Part shown: piece by piece, positions 29,565 through 39,114 of the stretch
Numbering within the stretch: the stretch's first letter is position 1
Layout: every line of letters starts with the position of its first letter
Origin: a virus
Virus record (IMG/VR): IMGVR_UViG_3300047510_003167
Location: 8,472 to 72,471 of that record
Length of the DNA stretch: 64,000 bases
Reading direction: 5' to 3' (one strand)
The notes under the pieces: model-generated
The model's database searches: none
The model's input: only the letters and a program-made list of their open reading frames with translations
What the model was told of the DNA's origin: nothing
Program-made: the position numbers and the translations under genes

Positions 29565-32500
29565 ATGCCATACGGAACTATTAAGGTTGACAATATTGTT
29601 TTTACCAACTCGGGCATTGATCAAACCATTGGAGTCTCTGGTCTTGTCCAATCAATCTCTGGTAATTTAACTGCGACCGGCACTATTTCCGGCAATGTGG
29701 TTCGCGGTACCACCGTAAGTGGTGCAACGGTTACGGGTGGAGCTGGTCAATTCACCACCATTACGGGCGGCGTTTTAAGCGTAACTTCCGGTGTGTTTGC
29801 CCCAGGTACATCTGGCGCCCCCTCAATTAGTTTTTCTAGCGACAGCAATACTGGATTCTGGTCCCCCGCTGGAGATACCGTTGCTATTAGCACGGGCGGC
29901 TCTGAGCGTATTCGTATTGACAGCGCTGGTGATTTAGGTGTTGGCACCACAGATCCAACAAGTCGTTTAACCGTCAGGGCCGATGCTGCCTCTGGTCCTA
30001 ATACTATTATTCGGGTAGAAAATCGAGCTGTTTCAGCTGGTGTTACTACGCAAAATATTAAGGTTGAAGGTATTTTTGACTATAACAACGGCACGTCTGA
30101 TGCTTCTGCAGGCGCTATTGTTTTTGGTAAAGACGGTACTTATACAACTGCAACTACAAATAACGATAGTTATTTAGCTTTTGAAACTGCAACCGATAAC
30201 TCTTCTACTGAAAAACTACGGATCGACAGCTCCGGCCGCCTGTTGGTGGGGGCAAGTGCAGGCGTTGCCGTTGGCTCAACGTCTCAAGCTGTTTTTCAAG
30301 CCACTGCAGGAACTACAGGCAATCTTAGTGCATCAATTTATAGCGCCGTAAACAGCGCAACTTGGGGTGCTGTTATTGCATTGGGACATGGAAGGGCAAC
30401 TACATCTGGCATTCTTTTAGCAGATGATTTAATTGGACAAATTAGATTTGCAGGTGCAGACGGAACTGACCTAGAGTCTCTTGCCGGCTCAATTTCTGCC
30501 TTCGTGGACGGCACCCCTGGCGCCAACGACATGCCAGGCAGGCTGATTTTTAGCACCACAGCAGACGGCGCAGCCAGCCCCACTGAGCGGATGCGGATTG
30601 ACAGCGCCGGAAACGTGGGTATTGGGGCAACAACTTTTACCTTTGGAACAGGCTCAGGATTACTTATTCAAAGAGATTCAGTTGCAACAGTTAGAGTATT
30701 TAGCAACAGTAATGGAAAAGCCCTTGAATTAACTGCCAATGCGACGGGAGGATTGGTAAGTGCGCGTGGAACAGGCTCTGCATTAGTTTTTGAAAGCGAT
30801 GCCACCGAACGCGCCCGCATCGACTCCTCAGGCCGCCTGCTGGTGGGGCTATCTAGCGGCGCTGCACTTGTTCATATTGGAAATAGTGTTGACAATTTAT
30901 TTATGGACCGCAACGAGTCGGTTGCTGGCGGTCCAAACGCTTCTTTTAGAAAATCACGGGGCACTTCAGGCGCCCCAACTATTGTTAATGACGGGGACTT
31001 TACAGGGGCACTGCAGTTCAGGGGGTACGACGGAGCGGCTTACATAACAAATGCAACTATTCGTGGCGAAGTAGACGGCACTCCCGGCACCAACGACATG
31101 CCTGGCCGCCTTGTCTTCTCCACCACTGCAGATGGTGCCGCCAGCCCCACGGAGCGCCTGCGCCTGGACTCAAGTGGCCGCTTAGGTCTGGGGACTAGTA
31201 GCCCTCAGGCGTTGCTTGAAGTATCCAGTGCAACCGGAGCAAATCCTCCAACTCCCACAGAGATACGGATTAGGACATCCACGAGTGCTGCTACATGGTC
31301 CACTACAGATCCGTGGGGAAGATTGTCCTTCTATAGCGCGGATGCAACTGCCGGCGGCGCTAGAATACATTCCTCGATAGAAACTATTGCGGCGAATAGC
31401 ACCGGACAGTCATCCGATCTTGTATTTAAGACAAGTCCCGATAGTGGCAGCTCTCTTGATGAAAGAGTAAGAATTTCCCAGACAGGGCGCGTGGGGATTG
31501 GCACTACTAGCCCTAGCCAACTGCTGCAAGTCAATGGCAATGCACTAATTGGTGCAACTCCCACAACACAGTACAGCAACCTTACAGTTGTTGGTACGTC
31601 AGGAATCCAAGCCGCCGCACCATTATTTAACCTAACAAACGTCGCTGGTACTACTCGATTTGCTTATATTCAGCATACTGGAACAGGCGGAGATTTTTTT
31701 CTATTAAACCAAGAAGCTGGTGCGTTGCGATTTGGCACAAACAACGCCGAACGTGCCCGCATCGACAGCCTCGGCAGGTTGCTGGTGGGTACAAGTACAA
31801 GTGTAGCAACAAGTGCACTAAATGCTGGCCTGCAAATAAGTAACTTGGCGACAGGCAACGGTGCATCAATATCAATTGCTAGGTATAGCAATGACGCAGG
31901 CGCAAGTGAATTTATTTTTGGCAAAAGCAGAAGTGGCATCAATGCTAGTCCTGGGGGGATCATTCAAAACGGAGATACTCTTGGAGTGATCCGATGGGTA
32001 GGAGACAATGGTACAGACCTGTCTAGCAGCGCCGCAACTATTTTGGCTGCAGTTGATGGAGAGCCTGGCACTGCAGGAGATCTTACAGATATCCCTGCAC
32101 GCCTAGTTTTTACCACGTCACCAGATGGCGCCGCCGGCCCCACCGAGCGGATGCGGATTGACAGTGCGGGCACCACAACGCTTACTTCTGCTTCAGCAAC
32201 GGCGCCCTTTATTTCTAAAATCAGCACCAGCGAAGTCGCCCGCATCGACTCTTCAGGCCGCCTGCTGGTGGGGACTAGTACCCCGTCCAGTGGAGCGCTC
32301 GGTAGCGGGAGCCTAGAGGTTTACTCACAATCTTCGCTGGAGAACACGCATGTTCTCTTGCATCACAACAGCAACTCAGGATCGCGTTTTGCCAATCTTG
32401 AGTTTCTGAAGACGCATAACAACGCCGTCGTATTGACCGGCAATACGTTGGGCAGGCTTCGTTGGTCTGGCTATGACGGGACATCTGCTGTGACTGCGGC

Positions 32501-34502
32501 CCTTATTGAATCGGCTGTAGACGGCACCCCCGGCACCAACGACATGCCAGGGCGGCTGGTATTCAGCACCACCGCCGATGGTGCCGCTAGCCCCACTGAG
32601 CGGATGCGGATTGACTCTTCCGGACGCATTGGCTTCAATAACACAAACCTCGGTGGAGCAAGTGGCAACTACCGTTTTGGAGGAATCATCTCTGGTGCAG
32701 CTAGTTCAAGTGGAATTTTATACACACCAACAATACAGCCTGATGCAACAACTACTGCGAGTTTATTTCAAACTCAACCTTCAACTGCTAGCAATGGCGC
32801 TGTTCCTTATGCAATAACTAATCTTTTTCACTACCAAACAGTACAGGGGACATTCAACGTTGATAGTACAGTAACCAATCAATATGGTTTTGGCGTAAAC
32901 AGTTCTTTAACAGGGGCTACAAATAACTTCGGTTTTTACAGCAATCTTTCTAGTGCTGCAGGGCGATGGAATTTTTATGCTGCAAGTACTGCTGATAGTT
33001 ATTTTGCCAGCAATAATTTCATCTTCGCTAATGGCGGCACCGAACGCGCCCGCATCGACAGCTCCGGCAGGCTGCTGGTGGGGACGTCTAGTTCTATTAC
33101 TACAAACATAGACGGATTAAGCTATGGATCAATAAAAAGCCAACTTGCAGGCATCGACGGAAATAACGGTACACAGCTTATTGCTCAATACTCAAACGTT
33201 ACTGCATTTTCACCAACACTTGCATTGGCAAGAAGCGTAGCTGCAACGGTAGGAGCTCACACTGCGGTAACAGGCGGTGTCCCCATCGGTCGAGTTAGTG
33301 CCGCCGGATCTGATGGCACAACTTTTATTGAAGGCGGGCGGATTGATTTTGTTGCAGACGCTCTATTTACTACAAATTCCGCTCCCACTCGTTTAGTGTT
33401 TTTCACCACCGCCAACGGCGCCAGCTCGCCCACTGAGCGGATGCGGATTGACAGTGCGGGGCGTGTGGGCATTGGGACGAATAACCCTGGCAAAACTCTC
33501 CATGTAGCCGGAGATGCGCGTATTGGCGCTGCAGACTCAAACGATTGCAGCATTGAACTTGGAGAAGGGGCAACGGGGAATCGTGCCGCATTTATTGATT
33601 TTGTTAGTGATACAACTTATACAGATTTTGGACTGCGTATTCGCAGGAATAATGGTGGGGCCAATACCGATTCAAATATTAACCATCGGGGGACAGGCTC
33701 TCTTGTCCTAAACGCGTTGGATGCTGGATCTGTGAGCGTTAGCTCTAACGGCTCCGAACGCGCACGCATTGACTCCTCAGGCCGCCTGCTGGTGGGCGCG
33801 AGTACAAGTGTTAGCCAATTTGGGGTTGCTCCTCAAATCCAGTCAACTGGTACATCAGGAGCAGGTGGTTACTTAGGTCTGACTGTTTTTAATACTGCTG
33901 TTGACTCTGCCCCAAATCTGGTTCTTGGCCATTCCAAGGGAGCAACTGTTGGCACATATACCGCCTCCGTTGCGGAAGACCTGTTAGGAGAAATTACTTT
34001 TACGGCAGCCAACGGTACTGATATGCGCCGTGGCGCATCAATCGGTGCTTGGGCAGATGCAGGCTGGGGCACAAATGATCATCCTGCGCGATTAGTTTTT
34101 TCCACAACCTTTGACGCTGGTTCTGGCCCCACCGAAGCCTTCCGCATCACCAACGACCGGGTGCATTGCTACAACCAAGCCGCACCAGCCGCTGTCGATA
34201 CCACCGCCACGCTGACCGTCGCCAACCTCAAGACCGGCATTATCACCAGCACCACCGCCGCAGCCGTCACGATGACGCTGCCCACCGGCACCGACACACA
34301 AGCAGGATTCAGTGGCACCTACGACAACATGACGTTCGAATGGAGCGTTATCAACACAGGCGCCACCAATGCCGTCACCGTGCAAGGCAACACCGGCCAC
34401 ACCTTAGTTGGTACAGGTACCGTTGCAGCTAGCAGCTCTGGTCGTTTTGCCTCACGACGCACGGCAGCTAATACGTTCGTAACCTATCGGCTTTCCAGCT
34501 GA
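29565..34502 (+). CDS. Long modular tail fibre protein
   Basis: 1645 aa; repeated ERxRIDSSGRLLVG and DGTPGTNDMPGRLVFSTTADGA units. Confidence 0.85.
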   Translation: MPYGTIKVDNIVFTNSGIDQTIGVSGLVQSISGNLTATGTISGNVVRGTTVSGATVTGGAGQFTTITGGVLSVTSGVFAPGTSGAPSISFSSDSNTGFWSPAGDTVAISTGGSERIRIDSAGDLGVGTTDPTSRLTVRADAASGPNTIIRVENRAVSAGVTTQNIKVEGIFDYNNGTSDASAGAIVFGKDGTYTTATTNNDSYLAFETATDNSSTEKLRIDSSGRLLVGASAGVAVGSTSQAVFQATAGTTGNLSASIYSAVNSATWGAVIALGHGRATTSGILLADDLIGQIRFAGADGTDLESLAGSISAFVDGTPGANDMPGRLIFSTTADGAASPTERMRIDSAGNVGIGATTFTFGTGSGLLIQRDSVATVRVFSNSNGKALELTANATGGLVSARGTGSALVFESDATERARIDSSGRLLVGLSSGAALVHIGNSVDNLFMDRNESVAGGPNASFRKSRGTSGAPTIVNDGDFTGALQFRGYDGAAYITNATIRGEVDGTPGTNDMPGRLVFSTTADGAASPTERLRLDSSGRLGLGTSSPQALLEVSSATGANPPTPTEIRIRTSTSAATWSTTDPWGRLSFYSADATAGGARIHSSIETIAANSTGQSSDLVFKTSPDSGSSLDERVRISQTGRVGIGTTSPSQLLQVNGNALIGATPTTQYSNLTVVGTSGIQAAAPLFNLTNVAGTTRFAYIQHTGTGGDFFLLNQEAGALRFGTNNAERARIDSLGRLLVGTSTSVATSALNAGLQISNLATGNGASISIARYSNDAGASEFIFGKSRSGINASPGGIIQNGDTLGVIRWVGDNGTDLSSSAATILAAVDGEPGTAGDLTDIPARLVFTTSPDGAAGPTERMRIDSAGTTTLTSASATAPFISKISTSEVARIDSSGRLLVGTSTPSSGALGSGSLEVYSQSSLENTHVLLHHNSNSGSRFANLEFLKTHNNAVVLTGNTLGRLRWSGYDGTSAVTAALIESAVDGTPGTNDMPGRLVFSTTADGAASPTERMRIDSSGRIGFNNTNLGGASGNYRFGGIISGAASSSGILYTPTIQPDATTTASLFQTQPSTASNGAVPYAITNLFHYQTVQGTFNVDSTVTNQYGFGVNSSLTGATNNFGFYSNLSSAAGRWNFYAASTADSYFASNNFIFANGGTERARIDSSGRLLVGTSSSITTNIDGLSYGSIKSQLAGIDGNNGTQLIAQYSNVTAFSPTLALARSVAATVGAHTAVTGGVPIGRVSAAGSDGTTFIEGGRIDFVADALFTTNSAPTRLVFFTTANGASSPTERMRIDSAGRVGIGTNNPGKTLHVAGDARIGAADSNDCSIELGEGATGNRAAFIDFVSDTTYTDFGLRIRRNNGGANTDSNINHRGTGSLVLNALDAGSVSVSSNGSERARIDSSGRLLVGASTSVSQFGVAPQIQSTGTSGAGGYLGLTVFNTAVDSAPNLVLGHSKGATVGTYTASVAEDLLGEITFTAANGTDMRRGASIGAWADAGWGTNDHPARLVFSTTFDAGSGPTEAFRITNDRVHCYNQAAPAAVDTTATLTVANLKTGIITSTTAAAVTMTLPTGTDTQAGFSGTYDNMTFEWSVINTGATNAVTVQGNTGHTLVGTGTVAASSSGRFASRRTAANTFVTYRLSS

Positions 34503-34558
34503 TAGGTATTACTCTCTAAATTTCCCTGGTAGAATACAAAAAACTTAATTGATGAATT

Positions 34559-34879
34559 ATGGCTGACACTTACACTTGGGGTATTGCCAATCTGGAACGT
34601 CACGTTTCTGATGGCGCTGTTTATACCGCTCATTGGACCCTTAATGCAGAGCGTGTTACTGGTGGAGAACTTTACACCGCCAGCTCCTATGGTTCCGTTG
34701 GTTTCTCTGATCCTGATCCGGATGACTTTACGCCGTACGAAGATTTGACTTCTAGCCAAGTTATTGGTTGGGTTCAAGATGCTCTTGGTGCCGATAAAGT
34801 AGTTGAAATGGAAGACTCGTTAAGCAGCCGCCTGGATGATGAGGTAACCCCTACCAGCGAATCCGGTATTCCTTGGTAA
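34559..34879 (+). CDS. Tail-fibre-associated small protein
   Basis: YTWGIANLER...FTPYEDLT...VIGWV...GIPW, commonly follows such fibres. Confidence 0.65.
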   Translation: MADTYTWGIANLERHVSDGAVYTAHWTLNAERVTGGELYTASSYGSVGFSDPDPDDFTPYEDLTSSQVIGWVQDALGADKVVEMEDSLSSRLDDEVTPTSESGIPW

Positions 34880-34914
34880 ATAATTGCTATACTTTTTGAA
34901 GTTATTTATTTAAC

Positions 34915-35106
34915 ATGGCTTGCAAGAAAAGCGAACTGGTTTCTGCCATTAATTCTTTTGGCTCTGCCCGTGCATCTGGCGATGGTAATTTGATTGCTTT
35001 TGCCGCTAACCTTATCGGTTCTCTTGTTGAAACCCTTGAGTTTGAACCTGAAGCAGAAGAAGGAACGATTGAAGTTAAGGACGCTGAAGTTGTTGAAGAA
35101 GGTTGA
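34915..35106 (+). CDS. Hypothetical protein
   Basis: 63-aa ORF. Confidence 0.6.
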   Translation: MACKKSELVSAINSFGSARASGDGNLIAFAANLIGSLVETLEFEPEAEEGTIEVKDAEVVEEG

Positions 35107-35149
35107 ATTAGTACACCTGACCTAAAGTTGTACTAACAGCTTTAGGTCG

Positions 35150-36262
35150 ATGACTATAAAACTGACTGACGCAGCAAAGTTCTATAAAGAACTTCAACAT
35201 CAAAAGGATGCTTGGAATTGGCTCCAGGGTCAGGTGCCTCCTGAAACCCTGGAGTCTTTTAGCGTCAAATATCGCAGCGAACCAAAACCCAGCGAAGAAT
35301 ATCCCAATACCTGGGACGGTGTTTTAGCTGCAGGGAAAGCAATGGGTGCTAAGTATCCAGAATGTGTTGCAGCGCAGTGGGCCCTGGAAAGTGGTTGGGG
35401 TAAACATACGAGCGGTAAACACAATTACTTTGGTTTAAAGGGGTCTGGCACATCAACCACAACACAAGAGTTTATTAATGGTCAGTGGATTACAATCACC
35501 GCTGACTTTATTGATTTTCCTGACCTATCTACGTGTGTTGATTATCTTGTATCGCGCTGGTACAAAGACTACAAAACTTACAAAGGTGTAAATCGAGCAA
35601 CCAGTCGAAATAACTGTGCAGAACTTTTAGTTCAAGAAGGTTATGCAACGGATCCAGACTATGCAACAAAATTAATTCAAATTATGGACAAACAACTCCA
35701 AACTCCTGGAGGTGATTCCACTGCAGTTACGTCTTCTAAAACCCTTACCGTTCCTTACTTTTATCAACTAGACAATCAATCAGGCACTGGTTATCGCGAG
35801 TGTTTTTCTTCTTCTTGTGCAATGATTGCCGCTTATTACGGCAAAGTAAAAACAGATGATGAATACAACAAAATTAGGGCTAAATATGGTGACACTACAG
35901 ATGCAAATGCGCAGCTAAAAACACTGCAAGCCCTGGGACTTAACGCCAAATTTATTACCAACGGTAATTCTGCTTTATTAGAAAACGAGATTCGTAATAA
36001 CAGACCTGTTGCTGTTGGTTGGTTACATCAAGGAAATGTAAGTGCTCCCACAGGCGGCGGTCATTGGACTTGTTGTATTGGTTTCACAGAAACTGAATTT
36101 GTACACAACGACTCAAATGGGGAAGCGAATATGGTCAATGGAGGGTACGTAAGCAATGCAGCATCCCGCGGAAAAGGTGTCAAATACAGTAAAAAGAATT
36201 GGTTACCACGTTGGGAGTGCGACGGTAAAAACACAGGTTGGGCAATTTTAGTTTCTAAATGA
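35150..36262 (+). CDS. Endolysin: GH73 glucosaminidase plus C39-like peptidase
   Basis: AQWALESGWG, NYFGLKG, GYATDPDY; then VPYFYQLDN...CFSSSCAM...GGGHW. Confidence 0.9.
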   Translation: MTIKLTDAAKFYKELQHQKDAWNWLQGQVPPETLESFSVKYRSEPKPSEEYPNTWDGVLAAGKAMGAKYPECVAAQWALESGWGKHTSGKHNYFGLKGSGTSTTTQEFINGQWITITADFIDFPDLSTCVDYLVSRWYKDYKTYKGVNRATSRNNCAELLVQEGYATDPDYATKLIQIMDKQLQTPGGDSTAVTSSKTLTVPYFYQLDNQSGTGYRECFSSSCAMIAAYYGKVKTDDEYNKIRAKYGDTTDANAQLKTLQALGLNAKFITNGNSALLENEIRNNRPVAVGWLHQGNVSAPTGGGHWTCCIGFTETEFVHNDSNGEANMVNGGYVSNAASRGKGVKYSKKNWLPRWECDGKNTGWAILVSK

Positions 36263-36420
36263 AAAAGAATCGAGATCCGCGTATTCGCGTTAATGTTTGT
36301 TGGGAAGTTGCGGACGAAAAAAAATGCGCAACCCTCGATAAAAACGAGGCTTACGCATTGAAACAATGGGTAGAAGAAAATAACGGATGCGTTTGGTGGT
36401 TCCAGGGATTACCTGATTAA
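36259..36420 (+). CDS. Hypothetical 53-aa protein (not in ORF track)
   Basis: ATGA-coupled to endolysin; MKKNRDPRIRVNVCWEV. Confidence 0.55.
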   Translation: MKKNRDPRIRVNVCWEVADEKKCATLDKNEAYALKQWVEENNGCVWWFQGLPD

Positions 36421-36585
36421 TCAGCGTTGCTTAGCCCGACCAATAACCAAAGCACAAATTTCGATCAATTTATAAACCTTACCGACAAACTTATCGTCAG
36501 AAGGAGTAGGAGTAAGCGCACAAATAGCAGAAGCAGCTGCGTGAATAGCAAGAGCAACTTCTAAATAACGACCAAGGTGAGCCAT
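36421..36585 (-). CDS. Small membrane protein, holin-like (not in ORF track)
   Basis: MAHLGRYLEVALAIHAAASAICALTPTPSDDKFVGKVYKLIEICALVIGRAKQR; near endolysin. Confidence 0.6.
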   Translation of the reverse strand: MAHLGRYLEVALAIHAAASAICALTPTPSDDKFVGKVYKLIEICALVIGRAKQR

Positions 36586-36602
36586 GAGTAATACCTTTTT
36601 TC

Positions 36603-37040
36603 TTATTCTATATCTTGTGATTTATACCAAAAGAAAGATTTGTGCTCATCACTAATTTGCCATTCGGAATCTTCATGCTTGATGAACCATTTTTTCCAAA
36701 CTTGAAACTGTTTATCTGCCAAGACTGATTCACAGCACAACGAAATTGAATCCCCAGGTGGGATCTCCAACATCCATTGACGTACTTGACGTATAGCTAA
36801 TGCTTGTGTTTTGGAGCCAACTTTACCGGTCAAACTCCCAGCCAGGAGGCGGGCCCTGACGTTTTTTCGTTCGTTCATCCAGTCGTTTATTTGCCTTGCA
36901 GATTTGCTGACAGCTAAGCTCGCAAGCCACACGCACCCGTTCTTCGTACGAATCCAAGGGATCAACCTCATCCTCAAACGGAACTTCTGGGGCAAAAAAA
37001 TCGTCCCAATCTTTTTGCGACGTTGTAAATTCAATCCCAC
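36603..37040 (-). CDS. Hypothetical protein
   Basis: 145-aa ORF, start uncertain. Confidence 0.5.
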   Translation of the reverse strand: MGLNLQRRKKIGTIFLPQKFRLRMRLIPWIRTKNGCVWLASLAVSKSARQINDWMNERKNVRARLLAGSLTGKVGSKTQALAIRQVRQWMLEIPPGDSISLCCESVLADKQFQVWKKWFIKHEDSEWQISDEHKSFFWYKSQDIE

Positions 37041-37180
37041 CTTTAGTCATTACACGTCATAGATACGGCAGCTCTGCGCCCAAGGCGTAGCTTCACAATA
37101 AAGTTTAAAAGCAGTAGACGAATTATGCTTACTATTTTTTTGTTTTAAAAACATAAGCTTACAAATAGTTAAGAAATACT

Positions 37181-38080
37181 TCATGACCTAGTAATTAAAG
37201 GTACAAAAATCTCAGGTAGTGCATCGCCAGGGCTTCTTTCTCTTTGCCAAGCTTCAGTCCATTCAGATAATGAATGTTCGTGAATTGAATTGAAATCATA
37301 TTCATTACCTGGCTCCAGGATAAATTTATCTTGGGATTCAGGAATCGGCACACCAATTAACCAAGTAGAGTTTTCTGAAATAGTTACGGTATTTCCAGAG
37401 TTAATTGTGGCTACAGAAACAGTGTAACCATTTGTAAAACTTGGAAGCGTGTAATTTGTATTGAAATCAGGACCGATGACAATAGTGTTACCCAAGTCAA
37501 TGTTGGACTCAAGAGTTAAGAAACTACTGTCAAGGTCTTCAAGTAAAAGAAGGATTTCAGTAAGCGGAACCTCAATAACAAGACCCAACGAATAATCAAG
37601 GGGTTCGTTACGTGTACTGGATACACAAAACAGATAGTTGCCGGGTTCTAGTGAGTAGTAGAAATCATCGCCTTTATTCAAAGCGTATGGGTTGAATTCG
37701 TTATATAAATCAGATTGGGCTCCAGCAACCTTACCAAGATACGGATAATAAAGTTCTCCACTGATTCCCGCAAACTGACCGCTGTCAGCCTGGAAGATCA
37801 TTCGACCTTGAATGGGTGTGTGATTTAAATCGTACGCAGAGAGCTGAATGTAATTAGGACGCGGACCACCTTTGCGGGTAATGATCCAGGCAGGAACTTG
37901 TAAATTGATTTGATACCAATGGTTCATGGTGCCGCCACCATAACCATTAAGACCAACTACATATTCAGGACCAAGACTTCCGGTGAGGTAGCGCAGCGAC
38001 GTTTCACTAAACGAACCAAGCAATTGTGGATTTGCTTGGGTGCGTTGACGCTGAGAAGATTGAGCGCTACCCCTGGTCAT
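37181..38080 (-). CDS. Hypothetical, probably virion structural protein
   Basis: 299 aa; LLLED..FL.LE and TINSGNTVTISENSTWLI segments resemble tail proteins. Confidence 0.6.
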   Translation of the reverse strand: MTRGSAQSSQRQRTQANPQLLGSFSETSLRYLTGSLGPEYVVGLNGYGGGTMNHWYQINLQVPAWIITRKGGPRPNYIQLSAYDLNHTPIQGRMIFQADSGQFAGISGELYYPYLGKVAGAQSDLYNEFNPYALNKGDDFYYSLEPGNYLFCVSSTRNEPLDYSLGLVIEVPLTEILLLLEDLDSSFLTLESNIDLGNTIVIGPDFNTNYTLPSFTNGYTVSVATINSGNTVTISENSTWLIGVPIPESQDKFILEPGNEYDFNSIHEHSLSEWTEAWQRERSPGDALPEIFVPLITRS

Positions 38081-38772
38081 TAGATATCAATATTATCGTT
38101 TTCTTCATTGTACTCGGGGGCATCCTTAGCATATTGCGGATTGGTAATGGGCATTTTGTAAGTATTTTTCACAACTTCATCCAGGGATTTTTTCTCCCTG
38201 AGCTGCTTGCCCACCAGCATTAACTTCTCTGCATTGAACTTGGTAACAAGTGGATACACCTTTGACGGAGGGTAGGTTCTGTTCCAGGTAGACACCATAT
38301 GTAACGGATTGGCACAGGCATTGTTCCCGCACAACCTTGTCACCAAGAGGTCGCCCACGTCCCCCCAAGCGCACTGGTACACCGCCTTGTGGACGTTGAC
38401 GTTATCGGACAACCTGCCGGTGTACTTGGCCCTGTAGGAGGGCATGCAGATCCTTTTAGGCGTACCACCAGAAGCGTTTTTAATTTCCCAGCAGTCTCCC
38501 GGCTCACCAATCTCAACCATGTTCCACAGGTTGTGGCACTTGGCCTTGTAGTCGAAATGTAGGTAGTTGACATCAAACCCACAGACGTTGCTCAGGATCT
38601 TCTTGGCGCACTCGTAGCACCAATGGTGAACTGAGTCTCGAATGAGATGACCGTGAACGCAAGGGTATCCCTGATAGTACCCATGTTCTGCAAGTTGCGA
38701 CTCATTGAGACTTTCAATGAGATTGACATGCCTAAAGCTTGTCTGCAACAGGGTTTTGGGATTTGGTTTCAT
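38080..38772 (-). CDS. Zinc-binding HNH-like endonuclease homologue
   Basis: PCVHGH...CYEC; DCWE...VHKAVY...RLCGNNACANPLHM. Confidence 0.65.
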   Translation of the reverse strand: MKPNPKTLLQTSFRHVNLIESLNESQLAEHGYYQGYPCVHGHLIRDSVHHWCYECAKKILSNVCGFDVNYLHFDYKAKCHNLWNMVEIGEPGDCWEIKNASGGTPKRICMPSYRAKYTGRLSDNVNVHKAVYQCAWGDVGDLLVTRLCGNNACANPLHMVSTWNRTYPPSKVYPLVTKFNAEKLMLVGKQLREKKSLDEVVKNTYKMPITNPQYAKDAPEYNEENDNIDI

Positions 38773-38814
38773 TACCACCAGGGCTTGGCTATGGGTCAAT
38801 CCTGGCACGAGTGA

Positions 38815-38940
38815 GTGCAGACTTTCAGACTTTGGGGGCCTTTTTAAAAACTTTCCCTAGAAAGGCGACAAGATTGCCAAAGTTGTCGCCTTCTTAGAAG
38901 GGTTTTATAAAAGGGACCCCAAAGTCTGCAATCTCTGCAC
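38815..38940. repeat. ~126-nt imperfect inverted repeat
   Basis: Nested arms GTGCAGA/TCTGCAC, CAGACTTTGGGG/CCCCAAAGTCTG, AAGGCGACAA/TTGTCGCCTT, 11-nt loop. Confidence 0.85.
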
Positions 38941-39060
38941 CAACATTTGAGTCTCACCTTAAGACCCCTTCCCCTGCAAAGGATCTCATTTCAATACAAG
39001 TAAGACTCACTTCAAACTCTGCACGATCTCTGCACCAACAAATGAGTCTCACTTTAAGAC
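38931..39060. repeat. Two 35-nt direct repeats
   Basis: 38931-38965 and 39026-39060, 32/35 identical (ATCTCTGCACCAACAnnTGAGTCTCACyTTAAGAC). Confidence 0.85.
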
Positions 39061-39071
39061 AACATCCCAAC

Positions 39072-39098
39072 AAAAAACCCCCGCTCGTAGCAGGGGCT
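39072..39098 (-). terminator. Rho-independent terminator
   Basis: Minus strand GCCCCTGC-TACGA-GCGGGGGT plus T run, after the GT gene. Confidence 0.75.
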
Positions 39099-39114
39099 TC
39101 TGTCTCCTGGTAAA

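Noticed and set aside
29565-34502. Diversity-generating retroelement acting on the tail fibre
   Set aside because: No reverse transcriptase in the window, and the repeats do not show adenine-specific differences
38931-39060. 35-nt direct repeats as a mini CRISPR array
   Set aside because: Only two copies, a 60-nt spacer sharing repeat words, and no cas genes
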